DNA from: a virus
Direction: 5' to 3' (one strand)
Length of the DNA stretch: 64,000 bases
IMG/VR virus record: IMGVR_UViG_3300020183_005994
Span: 7,362 to 71,361 of that record
The position numbers were made by a program, and so were the translations under genes. The stretch's first letter is position 1. Every line of letters starts with the position of its first letter. The notes beneath the pieces are model-generated. The model did no database searches and was not told where the DNA came from. It worked only from the letters and a program-made list of their open reading frames with translations. Shown here piece after piece: positions 9,289 through 19,726 of the stretch.

Positions 9289-10236
9289 ATGACCAATCCA
9301 TTAGAATATAAAAATAAAAAATATAAAGATAATCCCAATGCTGAAAAGGGCTATGGTAATAGTGTTTTACATGATCCAACTAGTGATTGGAAATATAACA
9401 GCACACCAGCGGAAAAGGTTATTTTTGGTCAAAATAACACTTGGATTATATTAGGTAGAGATCGCCCTTCTGGCTCTTTAAGTGGTTATGGCGGTAAAGG
9501 TGATTTAAGGGCGGGCTGTATTGATATAGTCGCAGGAAGATTATCAGCGCTAGATGCTGAAGCCTTATCTCCAAAGCTAGAAGAATCGGGTCTTGGAGAA
9601 GGTTTAAAAGCTAATTCTAATTTTGGGGCAGATGCTTCAAGGATATATATATCTCAGAAGGCAGATATAGATGAATATTTTAAACTAGCTAATGGGTATA
9701 CAGGAAAAAGTGTTGCTAGATCTGCGATTGGCATTAAGTCCGATGATGTAAGAATTATAGCTAGAAATACTTTAAAACTAATTACTAGAACAGATGATAT
9801 TCTTTCAAATAAAGAATCAGCTGATATCAAAGTTGGTGTTCAATTAATAGGCGACAATAATGCAGAATTTAAAGATATGCAAGCTATTCCCAAAGGAGAT
9901 AATTTAAGAATTGCATTAATGGAAATTGGTGATCGAATGCAAGAAATATTAGCTGCAATAACCTATTTAATGGACATACAAAAAGAAATGAATGATGCAT
10001 TAAGCAATCATACGCATTTATCTGGTTATTTTAAAGTTATGACTTCGCCAGCTATGGTTAATGGAGATCTTACAAAACCTTTACCATTTATTGGTAAATC
10101 TTGTAATTTAAGAATGTATAGAGATGTAGAGCAGCAAATAAATATGATTGCTTCAAATATAGAAGGTATGTCATTAAGGTTTTATATTGCCTCTTCTAAA
10201 GAATATATTAACAGCAAATATCATAAATTAAATTAA
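9289..10236 (+). CDS. Baseplate central spike-like protein
   Basis: Beta-rich, with an HxH metal-binding motif (NHTH); follows the hub gene. Confidence 0.5.
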   Translation: MTNPLEYKNKKYKDNPNAEKGYGNSVLHDPTSDWKYNSTPAEKVIFGQNNTWIILGRDRPSGSLSGYGGKGDLRAGCIDIVAGRLSALDAEALSPKLEESGLGEGLKANSNFGADASRIYISQKADIDEYFKLANGYTGKSVARSAIGIKSDDVRIIARNTLKLITRTDDILSNKESADIKVGVQLIGDNNAEFKDMQAIPKGDNLRIALMEIGDRMQEILAAITYLMDIQKEMNDALSNHTHLSGYFKVMTSPAMVNGDLTKPLPFIGKSCNLRMYRDVEQQINMIASNIEGMSLRFYIASSKEYINSKYHKLN

Positions 10237-10240
10237 AACT

Positions 10241-13200
10241 ATGGCCGATTTTAGCGATGTAGAATTTCCTCCTGTTTCAAAACTACCAACACATTATGCT
10301 GGTATAAAAACTATTTTTTTACCACCAGACAAAGATAACAATCCTCCATCTTCTATACCAAATGCAAATTCTATTTTTGATCCTAGATTACAATTTATTG
10401 ATCAAAATGAACAATTTATTGTATTAGAAGAAGGTGTTGGATATAGTGGTGAATGGACAAAAATTAATTATCGTGGAGATATTGGATATATAGATAACAA
10501 ATCTATTTTACCATTATCTACCACAAAGCCATCTATAAATATGAATTTGTCATCTGAATATTTGCCAAATCTTATTTCTACAAATATTGATTGGAAAGAG
10601 CAGAGTGTAGATGAAATATTTTATGATGAAAAAAATGCTAAATGGTGTATCTCTTTAGATACTGGAGTAGAGATAGTTGGTGAACAGGGGAATAATCCAG
10701 AAAATAAAAAGAGAATTTTAGATACAATAAAAAATTCTCTTTATGTTGGAACCAAATTAATACTTAGAGATACCGGTAGAAGATTTGATGCTGTGTATGT
10801 TAAAGAATTAATAGAAAAATATTATTTATTTTCAAAAGCAGAAAAATATTATTTTCCTATAAGGCCATGCTCAACTATGAGAGTGCTGGTAACAATACCA
10901 GCTAGATATATATTTGGATCGGATGTCGAATTAAATCCAGTTCCTCTTTTTAGACCAGATTTACTAGATGATTCTATAACAGCTCAAAATTTAGATTTCC
11001 AAGGATTTTATGATCCAGATATAACTTTTTTTACTGGTAGTCGCGCTGCTTTAAATAGAGTAGAATATATAAAAATTGATTATGACTCATATGCTGATTT
11101 CTCATTACATATTGATAGAATCATATTTGATTTAAGAGCTTATCAAGTAATACAAGCAGCAAATAAATGGATTGTTGAACCACCTGATATTTCTTTAAAT
11201 TTACTTAAAGAATCTGCTGACGTAGAAGCATTTAGGGATGCTGTAGAAAAGTTTTTAATGAAGAATAATGCCCTTGAACAAACAACATTTTGGAGCAATC
11301 AAGCGGAAGCACAAAATGCAATAGGTTTTGCTAAAAATTATTTAGATAAATTTGCTGGTAGTTTATTTGGAGACAAAACTCTTGGTGGTGGTAATGTTAC
11401 TAATTCTGAACAAATAAAATTAAGATTTTACATTTCCCCAGAACCTTTATTAAAGTTAGAAGCTGTTAAAATTATAAGAATTATTAATGGTCAAGAACAA
11501 GAAATACCATTAAATTTTGAATTATATAAATTTGTTAATAGTCAGCCTGTTAAGAATAAAACAACTTTATATTATCTTGACAAGATAGAAAGAAAAAGCG
11601 CTTTAGACACATTAGGTGAGCGTGTAGCTGCACCATTTATTGAAATCGGTAAAGGTGTTGCATCATTTTCTACCGGTATAGTTTTTCCTCTATTAGCTGC
11701 TACATTTGTACCAGTAGGTTATGGAGCTTGGGCAGCATTTAATAGTATAGGACAAACAGTTGGTAATGCTTTTAGATTTGAGCAGCCCCAACAAACAATT
11801 AATTACTTTAATGAAGCTGGAGAAGGTATAAATGATACTATTAGCAGTGCGTTAGACGAAAGCTCAAAAATTATAGAAGAATTAAATCCAATAACAAATT
11901 ATAAAAGATTTATTATAGAAAAACATTTTCCAAAAGTTAACTCCGTAGAGGCTTTACCAATTGATTTGGCTGACTGTACAATAAATAATTTAAAATCTAT
12001 TCAAGATATTAAAAACACAAAGATTAAAGAATGGATTAAAGATTTTGAAGAAAATAAAAAGTTTGGAGCTAGAGTACAAAAAGCAAGAGAGGGTAGTTTA
12101 TTACTATCGGCCACAGAAACTGATCCTAATATCATTGAAAATAAAAGTTTAAGATTATTACTTAATTTAGATAAGACGCCACCTGATCCTAAAAAAACTT
12201 GGGTTGATAAACTACAATTAGTTTTGTCGTCTGTAAGTGCTCTGGATTGGCAAAGATTTTTGGCAGAAGCTTTGAAATGTCAAGCTTTTTCTTTTGATCC
12301 TCAATTATATCTTGGAATATTAAATAATTATCAAAAAATTCGTAAACAAATAGAAAATGTTGCTGCTGCTACTGTATGCAATCCTTATTTAACAAAACTT
12401 TTAAAAGAAATTGAATCTTTTCAAATACCTAAATTAAAAATCAGAAATAGAAACAAAGCTTTAATAGAACAATTACGAAATCATTTTGTAAAAGTAATAA
12501 ATGATATTATAGTAATAGGCATTAGAGCAGCCCTTAATGCAGCTTTTAATAATTGTTTAAAAGATAAAAATCCAAACTTTAATAATAATGGTGATGTATT
12601 TAACAATGCTTTAGATAATGCTTCCGATGATCCGGCAATTGATGATATATTGAATGATGTATTTGGAAACTTAAAAGATAATGGAGTTATAAATCCTGCC
12701 GCCAAAGATGCTGCAAAAGAAAAATTAAAAGAATTGCTTTCTGATATAGTTCCTTGTTTAACAAGTCTAGAAATTTGTAGATTATTAAACGGTAAACCCG
12801 TTAATAGTGAAGTTTTTGAAGTAATTATATCTTTAATAAAAAGAAAAAACTATTCAATAACCGTTGATAATTCAGGAATAAGCCCAAAAGATTATTTAAA
12901 CAACAATGCTTCAATAATAGAATTTTTTACTAAACTTGGTGCGATATTAAACATCGCAGATTGTGAAGATATTTTAAATACCTCTCCTGTACCACCAGCT
13001 AATCCATTATGTGATGATGGCTCACTTAATAAATTAAGGTGTGAATTACTAAAAGGTAAAGGTTTACCGGCTGATGAAGTAGATAGATTATTGGCAGATA
13101 TTAAAGATCAAGAAAGAAGAAATTTAGAAGATCTATTAAACTTTTTAGACAACTCTGATAAATTTCCTTATGATATAGATAAGATACCTTCTATCCTTTG

Positions 13201-16042
13201 TAAAAATGGTCAAAAGCCTCTTGTTTCTTTAGCGCCGCCAATTGATAGTTTCGCTCAAGTATTAGATACTAATTTTGGTGATATTTATAGAACTTTTGAT
13301 AATGAAGCATTAAACTGGTATACAACAACTTATTCATTGTCTGGTTCTTTAACCCCTTCATTTTTAAAAGTAGAAAATGGCAATATTATTGCACAAACCG
13401 GCTCATCTTTTCCAGAAACAACCGATTTTAATCTTACTGGAAGTAAAGAATTGCTTCCATCATTTTTATTTACCAAATCAATAGAAAAAAATAAAACTAA
13501 TTTTATTAATAATAATAGTTTTGCATCTATATCATATAAAATTAATGCCGAAGAACAGCAAAAATTAGATATACAGATATTAGAAAGTCGCTTAAATCAG
13601 CAGATAGAAAACGTTGAAGAAGAACTTGGTAAATTTTTAGCTACCTTTTTACAAGCAGTTACACTTTATGGTACAAATCAAGTTTTAAATGCAATAGCCA
13701 ATACTAAAACTGGCAAAAAAAATATTTCTTCCGGTGATGCTTATGATGTCTTTGTTAATGGCTTAAGTGGATTTGCTAAAAATGATTTTGGAAGATTTTT
13801 AGGTTTATGTGACGCTTTTAGTCGCGGAAGTGGCTTAACCGCAGAAACAGCAAAAGTTAATTTTTATGATAGTATACCAAGTGCCGAAGCTAACGCAATA
13901 TTTTTAGCTAGTGAAGGTATGCCAACGCTTGTTTCAATAATGGAATATATAAAAGCTAATAGATCTTCGTTTAGTTCTTTATTAAATAAAATATCATCTG
14001 TTGATTTGTCTGGTTTAAGAAACATCATTAATGCTAATTCAGATATTAAATTTGATTTTACTACTACATCTCAAGCAACAGATGCTTTTAATGATATATA
14101 CGGACCGAGCAATAAAGTTGTACCATTACAGAACTTATTGAATAGCTTAATAATAAATTATGATAAGATAAAAAATCAATATATCATTTATAAAAGAACA
14201 AAAATATTATATCCAGACTATAATCTTTCATGTACTATTGGATTAAATGAAATAAATATAGATGAAAAATTTAATATTAAAAATGCAAGCGAAAATGCGT
14301 TATATGATTTATATGATTTTAAAATTACTAAAAATGAAAAAAAATATTTACAGCTTAGAAGTGGGCAAAGAATCAGCGATGAATCATACACATATATAAA
14401 AAATAATTTCTCTATTTCGCCAACAAATATAAATAAAATTTCAATTTTTTCTAGTTTAACTAAAGGAAATCAAACTCAATTTAATCAAATAAATAACCAA
14501 ATTTTTGAAAAAGTTAGAGAACAAATATCTGGTAGTTTGTTTTTAAATAAAAGAGATTCTGCACCAGAATTACCATCTGACGCCGAAAATGATTCAGAAA
14601 TTAAATTAAATGCCGTTCAAAGATATATACCTTATACTAAACAATTTAGCGATGCTTTGGTGTTAATACCAAGTGCTTTAGAGAAAAATTGCGGTATTAC
14701 TCGTCATTATTTAGAAATAGATGAATTAAAAGATGAAATGATAAAAGCAAAGGTTAGTAGTTCGTGTGGTTTAGAAGAAATTAGAGATGAAAGATTGGCA
14801 GCTAATAGAGCAATAAATTCTGAAGATTTAGAAGATCTTAACTTAAGCGAAACGCAAAACATAATGCTTGGTGGCACTTATAAATTAGGAGCGCGTGTAT
14901 TTTTACATGACATTATGTTAAGAGGAGCAAATTCTTTTGCGGTTTTTGATCCTCAAACTTTAAGAAATGATTCAATGTTTTTAGAGTTTATGTCTGACAT
15001 AGTTGAATCGGAAATAAGAGGAATGGATAACACTTATTTTAGATTGATGACAACATATATAAAGAAAAATTATGAATTCACAACTAAAAGCACAATATCT
15101 AGAGAATCAGAAAAGTTATTTACAAGACTATTATATAGAGAATTTATAAAAGGTGAATTACAAACAAGCGTTTTACCTAAAATGACTAAACGTTTGCATG
15201 TTGATACAAATGAAAATCTTAAAAAGTTAGACAGTAATCTAAAAATAAAACTGGAAGACATATATGATTTCTTTGCTAAAGAAGAAAATGGTATTATAAA
15301 ATATATTAATAATACTGTTGTAATAAATAATCTCATAGTTTTTACCAGCGGTCGTGGTAATACCGGTCAACCATTAAAAAATGAATTTAGAGGAAGTCCA
15401 CAATTTAAAATATTATTTGAATATTTATTTCCAGTGACTAAATATTTAACTTATTTCTTTATACAGAATGTTTTATGCACTAGTACTCGTAAACAAATAG
15501 TAAATGCTTTTAGAGATACTAAAAAGTCAGTTATTGGTACTGCTAAATTGATACAAACTAATGGCGAAGGCTACATACCAGATGAAAATAATATACAAGA
15601 TATGATGAATGAAAATTCATCAGACTTTTTCCTTAAATTTTTATTAGAAGCTGCGATTAAAACACCAATTAGCATTTTTAAGGGATATGTTGAAGTAACA
15701 GAACCTAACATCACTCTTTCTAGTACTATTTACCAAGTTACTAAAGCTATATTGCCACCAACACCATCTTTCTTAGTTCCGGCTATATCAATCCCGGCAT
15801 TTTTCTTAGGTATTCCGTTTATAAATCCACTATTTGGATGGTTATATTTAGGTACTTTCTTATGGTACGAGGGAGACTCAGAAAACGAAGAAGCTAAAAA
15901 ATATGAAGCTATGAATCAATTTTTAAACGGACAAACAACTGATTGTCAGTTATTAAAAAGCGATGATAGTACTTTTAATAGAGATGCTATTAAATTAGAA
16001 GAAAAATTACCCTTAGAAGGCGCTAGATATCAAATAAATTAA
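10241..16042 (+). CDS. Large virion protein (1933 aa) with an N-terminal SH3b-like domain and two hydrophobic segments; tape-measure or ejection protein candidate
   Basis: FIVLEE...EWTKINYRGDIGYI SH3b pattern; mostly helical; TM-like stretches near aa 470-500 and near the C-terminus. Confidence 0.5.
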   Translation: MADFSDVEFPPVSKLPTHYAGIKTIFLPPDKDNNPPSSIPNANSIFDPRLQFIDQNEQFIVLEEGVGYSGEWTKINYRGDIGYIDNKSILPLSTTKPSINMNLSSEYLPNLISTNIDWKEQSVDEIFYDEKNAKWCISLDTGVEIVGEQGNNPENKKRILDTIKNSLYVGTKLILRDTGRRFDAVYVKELIEKYYLFSKAEKYYFPIRPCSTMRVLVTIPARYIFGSDVELNPVPLFRPDLLDDSITAQNLDFQGFYDPDITFFTGSRAALNRVEYIKIDYDSYADFSLHIDRIIFDLRAYQVIQAANKWIVEPPDISLNLLKESADVEAFRDAVEKFLMKNNALEQTTFWSNQAEAQNAIGFAKNYLDKFAGSLFGDKTLGGGNVTNSEQIKLRFYISPEPLLKLEAVKIIRIINGQEQEIPLNFELYKFVNSQPVKNKTTLYYLDKIERKSALDTLGERVAAPFIEIGKGVASFSTGIVFPLLAATFVPVGYGAWAAFNSIGQTVGNAFRFEQPQQTINYFNEAGEGINDTISSALDESSKIIEELNPITNYKRFIIEKHFPKVNSVEALPIDLADCTINNLKSIQDIKNTKIKEWIKDFEENKKFGARVQKAREGSLLLSATETDPNIIENKSLRLLLNLDKTPPDPKKTWVDKLQLVLSSVSALDWQRFLAEALKCQAFSFDPQLYLGILNNYQKIRKQIENVAAATVCNPYLTKLLKEIESFQIPKLKIRNRNKALIEQLRNHFVKVINDIIVIGIRAALNAAFNNCLKDKNPNFNNNGDVFNNALDNASDDPAIDDILNDVFGNLKDNGVINPAAKDAAKEKLKELLSDIVPCLTSLEICRLLNGKPVNSEVFEVIISLIKRKNYSITVDNSGISPKDYLNNNASIIEFFTKLGAILNIADCEDILNTSPVPPANPLCDDGSLNKLRCELLKGKGLPADEVDRLLADIKDQERRNLEDLLNFLDNSDKFPYDIDKIPSILCKNGQKPLVSLAPPIDSFAQVLDTNFGDIYRTFDNEALNWYTTTYSLSGSLTPSFLKVENGNIIAQTGSSFPETTDFNLTGSKELLPSFLFTKSIEKNKTNFINNNSFASISYKINAEEQQKLDIQILESRLNQQIENVEEELGKFLATFLQAVTLYGTNQVLNAIANTKTGKKNISSGDAYDVFVNGLSGFAKNDFGRFLGLCDAFSRGSGLTAETAKVNFYDSIPSAEANAIFLASEGMPTLVSIMEYIKANRSSFSSLLNKISSVDLSGLRNIINANSDIKFDFTTTSQATDAFNDIYGPSNKVVPLQNLLNSLIINYDKIKNQYIIYKRTKILYPDYNLSCTIGLNEINIDEKFNIKNASENALYDLYDFKITKNEKKYLQLRSGQRISDESYTYIKNNFSISPTNINKISIFSSLTKGNQTQFNQINNQIFEKVREQISGSLFLNKRDSAPELPSDAENDSEIKLNAVQRYIPYTKQFSDALVLIPSALEKNCGITRHYLEIDELKDEMIKAKVSSSCGLEEIRDERLAANRAINSEDLEDLNLSETQNIMLGGTYKLGARVFLHDIMLRGANSFAVFDPQTLRNDSMFLEFMSDIVESEIRGMDNTYFRLMTTYIKKNYEFTTKSTISRESEKLFTRLLYREFIKGELQTSVLPKMTKRLHVDTNENLKKLDSNLKIKLEDIYDFFAKEENGIIKYINNTVVINNLIVFTSGRGNTGQPLKNEFRGSPQFKILFEYLFPVTKYLTYFFIQNVLCTSTRKQIVNAFRDTKKSVIGTAKLIQTNGEGYIPDENNIQDMMNENSSDFFLKFLLEAAIKTPISIFKGYVEVTEPNITLSSTIYQVTKAILPPTPSFLVPAISIPAFFLGIPFINPLFGWLYLGTFLWYEGDSENEEAKKYEAMNQFLNGQTTDCQLLKSDDSTFNRDAIKLEEKLPLEGARYQIN

Positions 16043-16085
16043 AGAATAGTATAAGTTCTAAAAATGCATAATTTATTTTTTTTAC

Positions 16086-16093
16086 CTATTTAT
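16086..16093 (+). promoter_or_regulatory. Putative late promoter motif CTATTTAT
   Basis: Recurs in intergenic gaps upstream of structural genes; AGGA at 16099 and ATG at 16112 follow. Confidence 0.6.
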
Positions 16094-16111
16094 TATGTAG
16101 GAAACATATTT

Positions 16112-16486
16112 ATGTCTTATTCTCCAAAGTTACCATTAACGCTTGATCCGGTTTTAAAAACATATGGTTCCAATAGAACCGCCGTATCGGCTATTAAACA
16201 AAATTTAAAAATGTTACTTTTAACAGAACCGGGAGAAAGGATTATGGACCCCGAATTTGGTGTTGGACTGAAAAAATTTCTTTTTGGTCAAGATATAGAT
16301 TCTTTAAGAGGAGCAATAAGAAATAGAATAGTTTCTCAAGTGAATAAATATCTAGATTTCGTTACTATTGAAGAAATAGCCATATCGCCGCCAGAATCTA
16401 ATGATTATAATTCCATATATGTTCTACTTAAATATAGAATTAGAGGCATAAAAACAAGCGAAACATTAAGTTTGCAAATAAATTAA
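16112..16486 (+). CDS. gp25: Baseplate wedge protein, gp25/GPW family
   Basis: KQNLKMLLLTEPGERIMDPEFGVGL; ATG at 16112 with AGGA is preferred over 16064. Confidence 0.9.
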   Translation: MSYSPKLPLTLDPVLKTYGSNRTAVSAIKQNLKMLLLTEPGERIMDPEFGVGLKKFLFGQDIDSLRGAIRNRIVSQVNKYLDFVTIEEIAISPPESNDYNSIYVLLKYRIRGIKTSETLSLQIN

Positions 16487-16500
16487 CGGAAAATAATATA

Positions 16501-18300
16501 ATGGCTAAAAAAATAGTGCCTATTAAATATACTAGTAGAGATTTTGATTCAATTAAAGCAGATTTAGTTGAACATGCGAAAAGATATTATGATAACACTT
16601 ATAAAGATTTTAATGAAGCTTCTTTTGGTTCTTTGATGTTAGATACCGTAGCTTATGTTGGAGATGTATTATCTTTTTATTTAGATTATCAAGCAAATGA
16701 ATGTTTTTTAGATACCGCTTCTGAATTTAATAACATAATAAAAATTGGTAGACAAGTTGGATATAAATTTAGTAATTCTGTGTCGTCTACCGGCATAGCC
16801 TCTTTTTATATATCTATTCCTGCTAGCAGTGGTAATCCAAATATGGACTATGCTCCGATATTAAAAAGAAATAGTATTTTTGGAACAAACAATGGTGGTA
16901 GATTTATTCTTACCGAGGATGTACGTTTTGATAATCCGGCAAATGAAATAAGAGTTTTAGAAACCGATCCAGTTACTGGCGAACCTATATTTTTTGGTAT
17001 TAAGGCTTATGGACCGGTTATCTCTGGAATAATACAAACCGAAACAATACCAGTAGGAGAATTTACTAGATTTCCCACATTTACTTTAGCACAAGCTGAT
17101 ATCGTTGAAATAATTTCTATTTTTGATTTAGAAGGCAATGAATATTATGAAGTAGATTATTTATCACAAAATGTTATTTACAAAAGCGTTACAAATAGAA
17201 ATGCCACAGAAGCTCTTTTAGCAAAAGAAATATTAAAACCATTTATAGTTCCAAGAAGATTTGTTGTAGATAGAAATTATAGAACTACTACGTTACAATT
17301 TGGCGCTAGTTCAAATGTTACCATACCTGATAACTATTCAATGATTACAGAACCAACTAATGCAATATTAAATCTTCATGGTAAAGAATATATAAGTTCT
17401 GATAGTTTTGATCCAACAAGATTAATTAATAGTGATAAATTTGGTATTGCTCCTTCACAAACTAGTTTAATAGTTACATATAGATTTAACAATGTTTCTA
17501 CTGGAGTAAACTTTGGTGTAGACACTCTTACTAATGTTGTTGATCCAATATTTGAATTTCCGAAAGAGCAAAACTTATTTGGTACGCTACTTCAAACTGT
17601 TAAAAGCAGCCTAGAGATTAATAATGAATCGGCATTATTAGGAGATGTTACGGTATTAAATTCTGAAGAATTAAAAAGAAGAATAGCTAATTGTTTTGCT
17701 TCACAAAATAGGGCTGTAACAGAGCGCGATTATCGCTCTTTGGTTTATTCTATGCCAAGTAAATTTGGAAGCGTTAAAAGAATAAATGTTATAAAAGATC
17801 AAAATTCTATTAGAAGAAATTTAAATTTATATGTTTTATGTGAAGATAGCAATGGATTTTTAACAGCACCAAATCAAACTGTCAAAGATAATATAAAAAC
17901 TTGGCTTGAACGTCACAAAATGATAAATGATTCTATTGATATACTTGATGGTAAAGTAGTTAATTACTCTGTTCGTTTTACGGCTGTTGGAGATAACAAT
18001 AGATCTAAATATGACATATTAACTGACGCTATTAATCAAATAAGAATAGATTTACAATTAATACCAGATTTTGGAGAGCCGTTTTTAATAACAAACATCT
18101 TTAATAGTTTAAAAAAAGTTAATGGCTTATTAGACGTTATATCAGTACGAATAGAAGAAAGAGTTGGCTCTACATATTCTAATGCAAGTTTTAATTTTAA
18201 AGAAAATACATCCCCAGACGGTAGATACATAAATGTTCCAGATAATGTAGTTATGGAGCTAAAATTTCCTGATTCCGATATCAAAGGAACCATACTATAA
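16501..18300 (+). CDS. gp6: Baseplate wedge subunit, T4 gp6 / baseplate J-like
   Basis: YTSRDFDSIK, AYVGDVLSFYLDYQANECFLDTA, LQFG, QNRAVT..DY. Confidence 0.9.
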   Translation: MAKKIVPIKYTSRDFDSIKADLVEHAKRYYDNTYKDFNEASFGSLMLDTVAYVGDVLSFYLDYQANECFLDTASEFNNIIKIGRQVGYKFSNSVSSTGIASFYISIPASSGNPNMDYAPILKRNSIFGTNNGGRFILTEDVRFDNPANEIRVLETDPVTGEPIFFGIKAYGPVISGIIQTETIPVGEFTRFPTFTLAQADIVEIISIFDLEGNEYYEVDYLSQNVIYKSVTNRNATEALLAKEILKPFIVPRRFVVDRNYRTTTLQFGASSNVTIPDNYSMITEPTNAILNLHGKEYISSDSFDPTRLINSDKFGIAPSQTSLIVTYRFNNVSTGVNFGVDTLTNVVDPIFEFPKEQNLFGTLLQTVKSSLEINNESALLGDVTVLNSEELKRRIANCFASQNRAVTERDYRSLVYSMPSKFGSVKRINVIKDQNSIRRNLNLYVLCEDSNGFLTAPNQTVKDNIKTWLERHKMINDSIDILDGKVVNYSVRFTAVGDNNRSKYDILTDAINQIRIDLQLIPDFGEPFLITNIFNSLKKVNGLLDVISVRIEERVGSTYSNASFNFKENTSPDGRYINVPDNVVMELKFPDSDIKGTIL

Positions 18301-19724
18301 TGTCAATAAAAAGATATATAGCCAACAAAGATACTACTATAACAAATGCATTTAGAGAAAATCTTTATGATAGAGCGGAAGAAGCTAATCTGGGAGCTGC
18401 CGATTCATTAGAAATTTTTTCTGTTTTAGGTCAGGCCAATTCCTCATCATTAGAAAAATCAAGAATTTTAGTAGAATTTCCAGTTAATGAAATATTAAAT
18501 GATAGAAATTTAAACATTGTACCAGCGTCTGGTAGTGTTAAATTTTTTTTAAGAATGTTTAATGTTGAACATCCATTTACTGTTCCAAGGAATTTTACTG
18601 TAAATATTGCAGCCATAAGCGGCTCTTGGGTGGAAGGCTATGGATTGGATTTAGATTCTTATTCTGATTATGGTTATTCTTTGCAATTTAATGGCGAGGG
18701 AACAAATTGGTTATTTTCTACTAGAGATTTTTATTGGTTTAATACCGGTGGTGATTACTATACCGGTTCTTATTTAGTAACTCAATCTTTTTCTAGTGGT
18801 TTAGAAGATATAGAAATAGATGTTACAAGCATATGCGAAAAATGGATGGACAATACTTTAGAAAATAATGGTTTTATCATTTTCTTATCAGGTTCAGCTG
18901 AAAACGGCACTGCAAATGAAAGTTTTTATACTAAAAGATTTTCTGCTAGAAGTTCAGAGTTTTATTTAAATAGACCTTGTATTGAAGCAAGATGGAACCC
19001 ATCTGTTACCGATGATAGAATAAATTTTTATGCTTCAAGTAGTTTATTATCTAGTGATGATAATAAGATGAATTTATATTTTTACAATAAAGTAAATGGT
19101 AATTTAAAAAATATTGTAGGTAATCCTACTTTAAATATTAAATTTTATACTAATTCTTCCTTAACGCAAGAAATAACTAGTTCTTTTTTAACAGTAACTA
19201 ATCCAAGTGCTGGTATATATAAGGCGACTGTCACTTTAGATACCACTGCTAGTGTCGTTTATGATAAATGGTTTAATTCGTCTTCATTGTTAACATACTT
19301 TTCTAGTTCTTTTGATGTTTACGCTAGACAGAATTATGATTTTGAAGAAGATACAAAATATATTATAAATATTACTAATTTAAAAAGCTTTTATGATCAA
19401 AATGAAAAAATAAAATTTAATATTTTTGTACGTGATTATGATTGGCAACCAACGATATATTCTAAAGCTTATAATAATATAGAAAATACAATAATTCCTA
19501 ATTTATATTATAAAATATTTAGATTTAATGATAATTATACAATAATAGATTATTCTACAGGATCTATAGCCTATAGTAAAACCTCATATGATTCCAAGGG
19601 TAATTATTTTGATTTAGACATGAATATTCTTGAAAAAGATTATGGTTATGGTATAAAATTAGCAATATATGATGGTATACAATTAAAAGAATTTAAAAAT
19701 ATTTTCAAGTTTAGGGTTGCTTAA
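18300..19724 (+). CDS. Baseplate-associated structural protein (DNRLRE/CBM-like beta domain)
   Basis: DTTI...SRILVEF...W.EG...IDVT.I...W......NNGF...F.ARSS...RP pattern; translationally coupled to gp6. Confidence 0.55.
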   Translation: MSIKRYIANKDTTITNAFRENLYDRAEEANLGAADSLEIFSVLGQANSSSLEKSRILVEFPVNEILNDRNLNIVPASGSVKFFLRMFNVEHPFTVPRNFTVNIAAISGSWVEGYGLDLDSYSDYGYSLQFNGEGTNWLFSTRDFYWFNTGGDYYTGSYLVTQSFSSGLEDIEIDVTSICEKWMDNTLENNGFIIFLSGSAENGTANESFYTKRFSARSSEFYLNRPCIEARWNPSVTDDRINFYASSSLLSSDDNKMNLYFYNKVNGNLKNIVGNPTLNIKFYTNSSLTQEITSSFLTVTNPSAGIYKATVTLDTTASVVYDKWFNSSSLLTYFSSSFDVYARQNYDFEEDTKYIINITNLKSFYDQNEKIKFNIFVRDYDWQPTIYSKAYNNIENTIIPNLYYKIFRFNDNYTIIDYSTGSIAYSKTSYDSKGNYFDLDMNILEKDYGYGIKLAIYDGIQLKEFKNIFKFRVA

Positions 19725-19726
19725 CT

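Noticed and set aside
16064-16111. Longer starts given by the ORF track (16064, 1793, 29458, 42300, 61355, 62414)
   Set aside because: Downstream ATGs have better RBS or stop-start coupling, and the extensions overlap neighbouring genes or promoter motifs.
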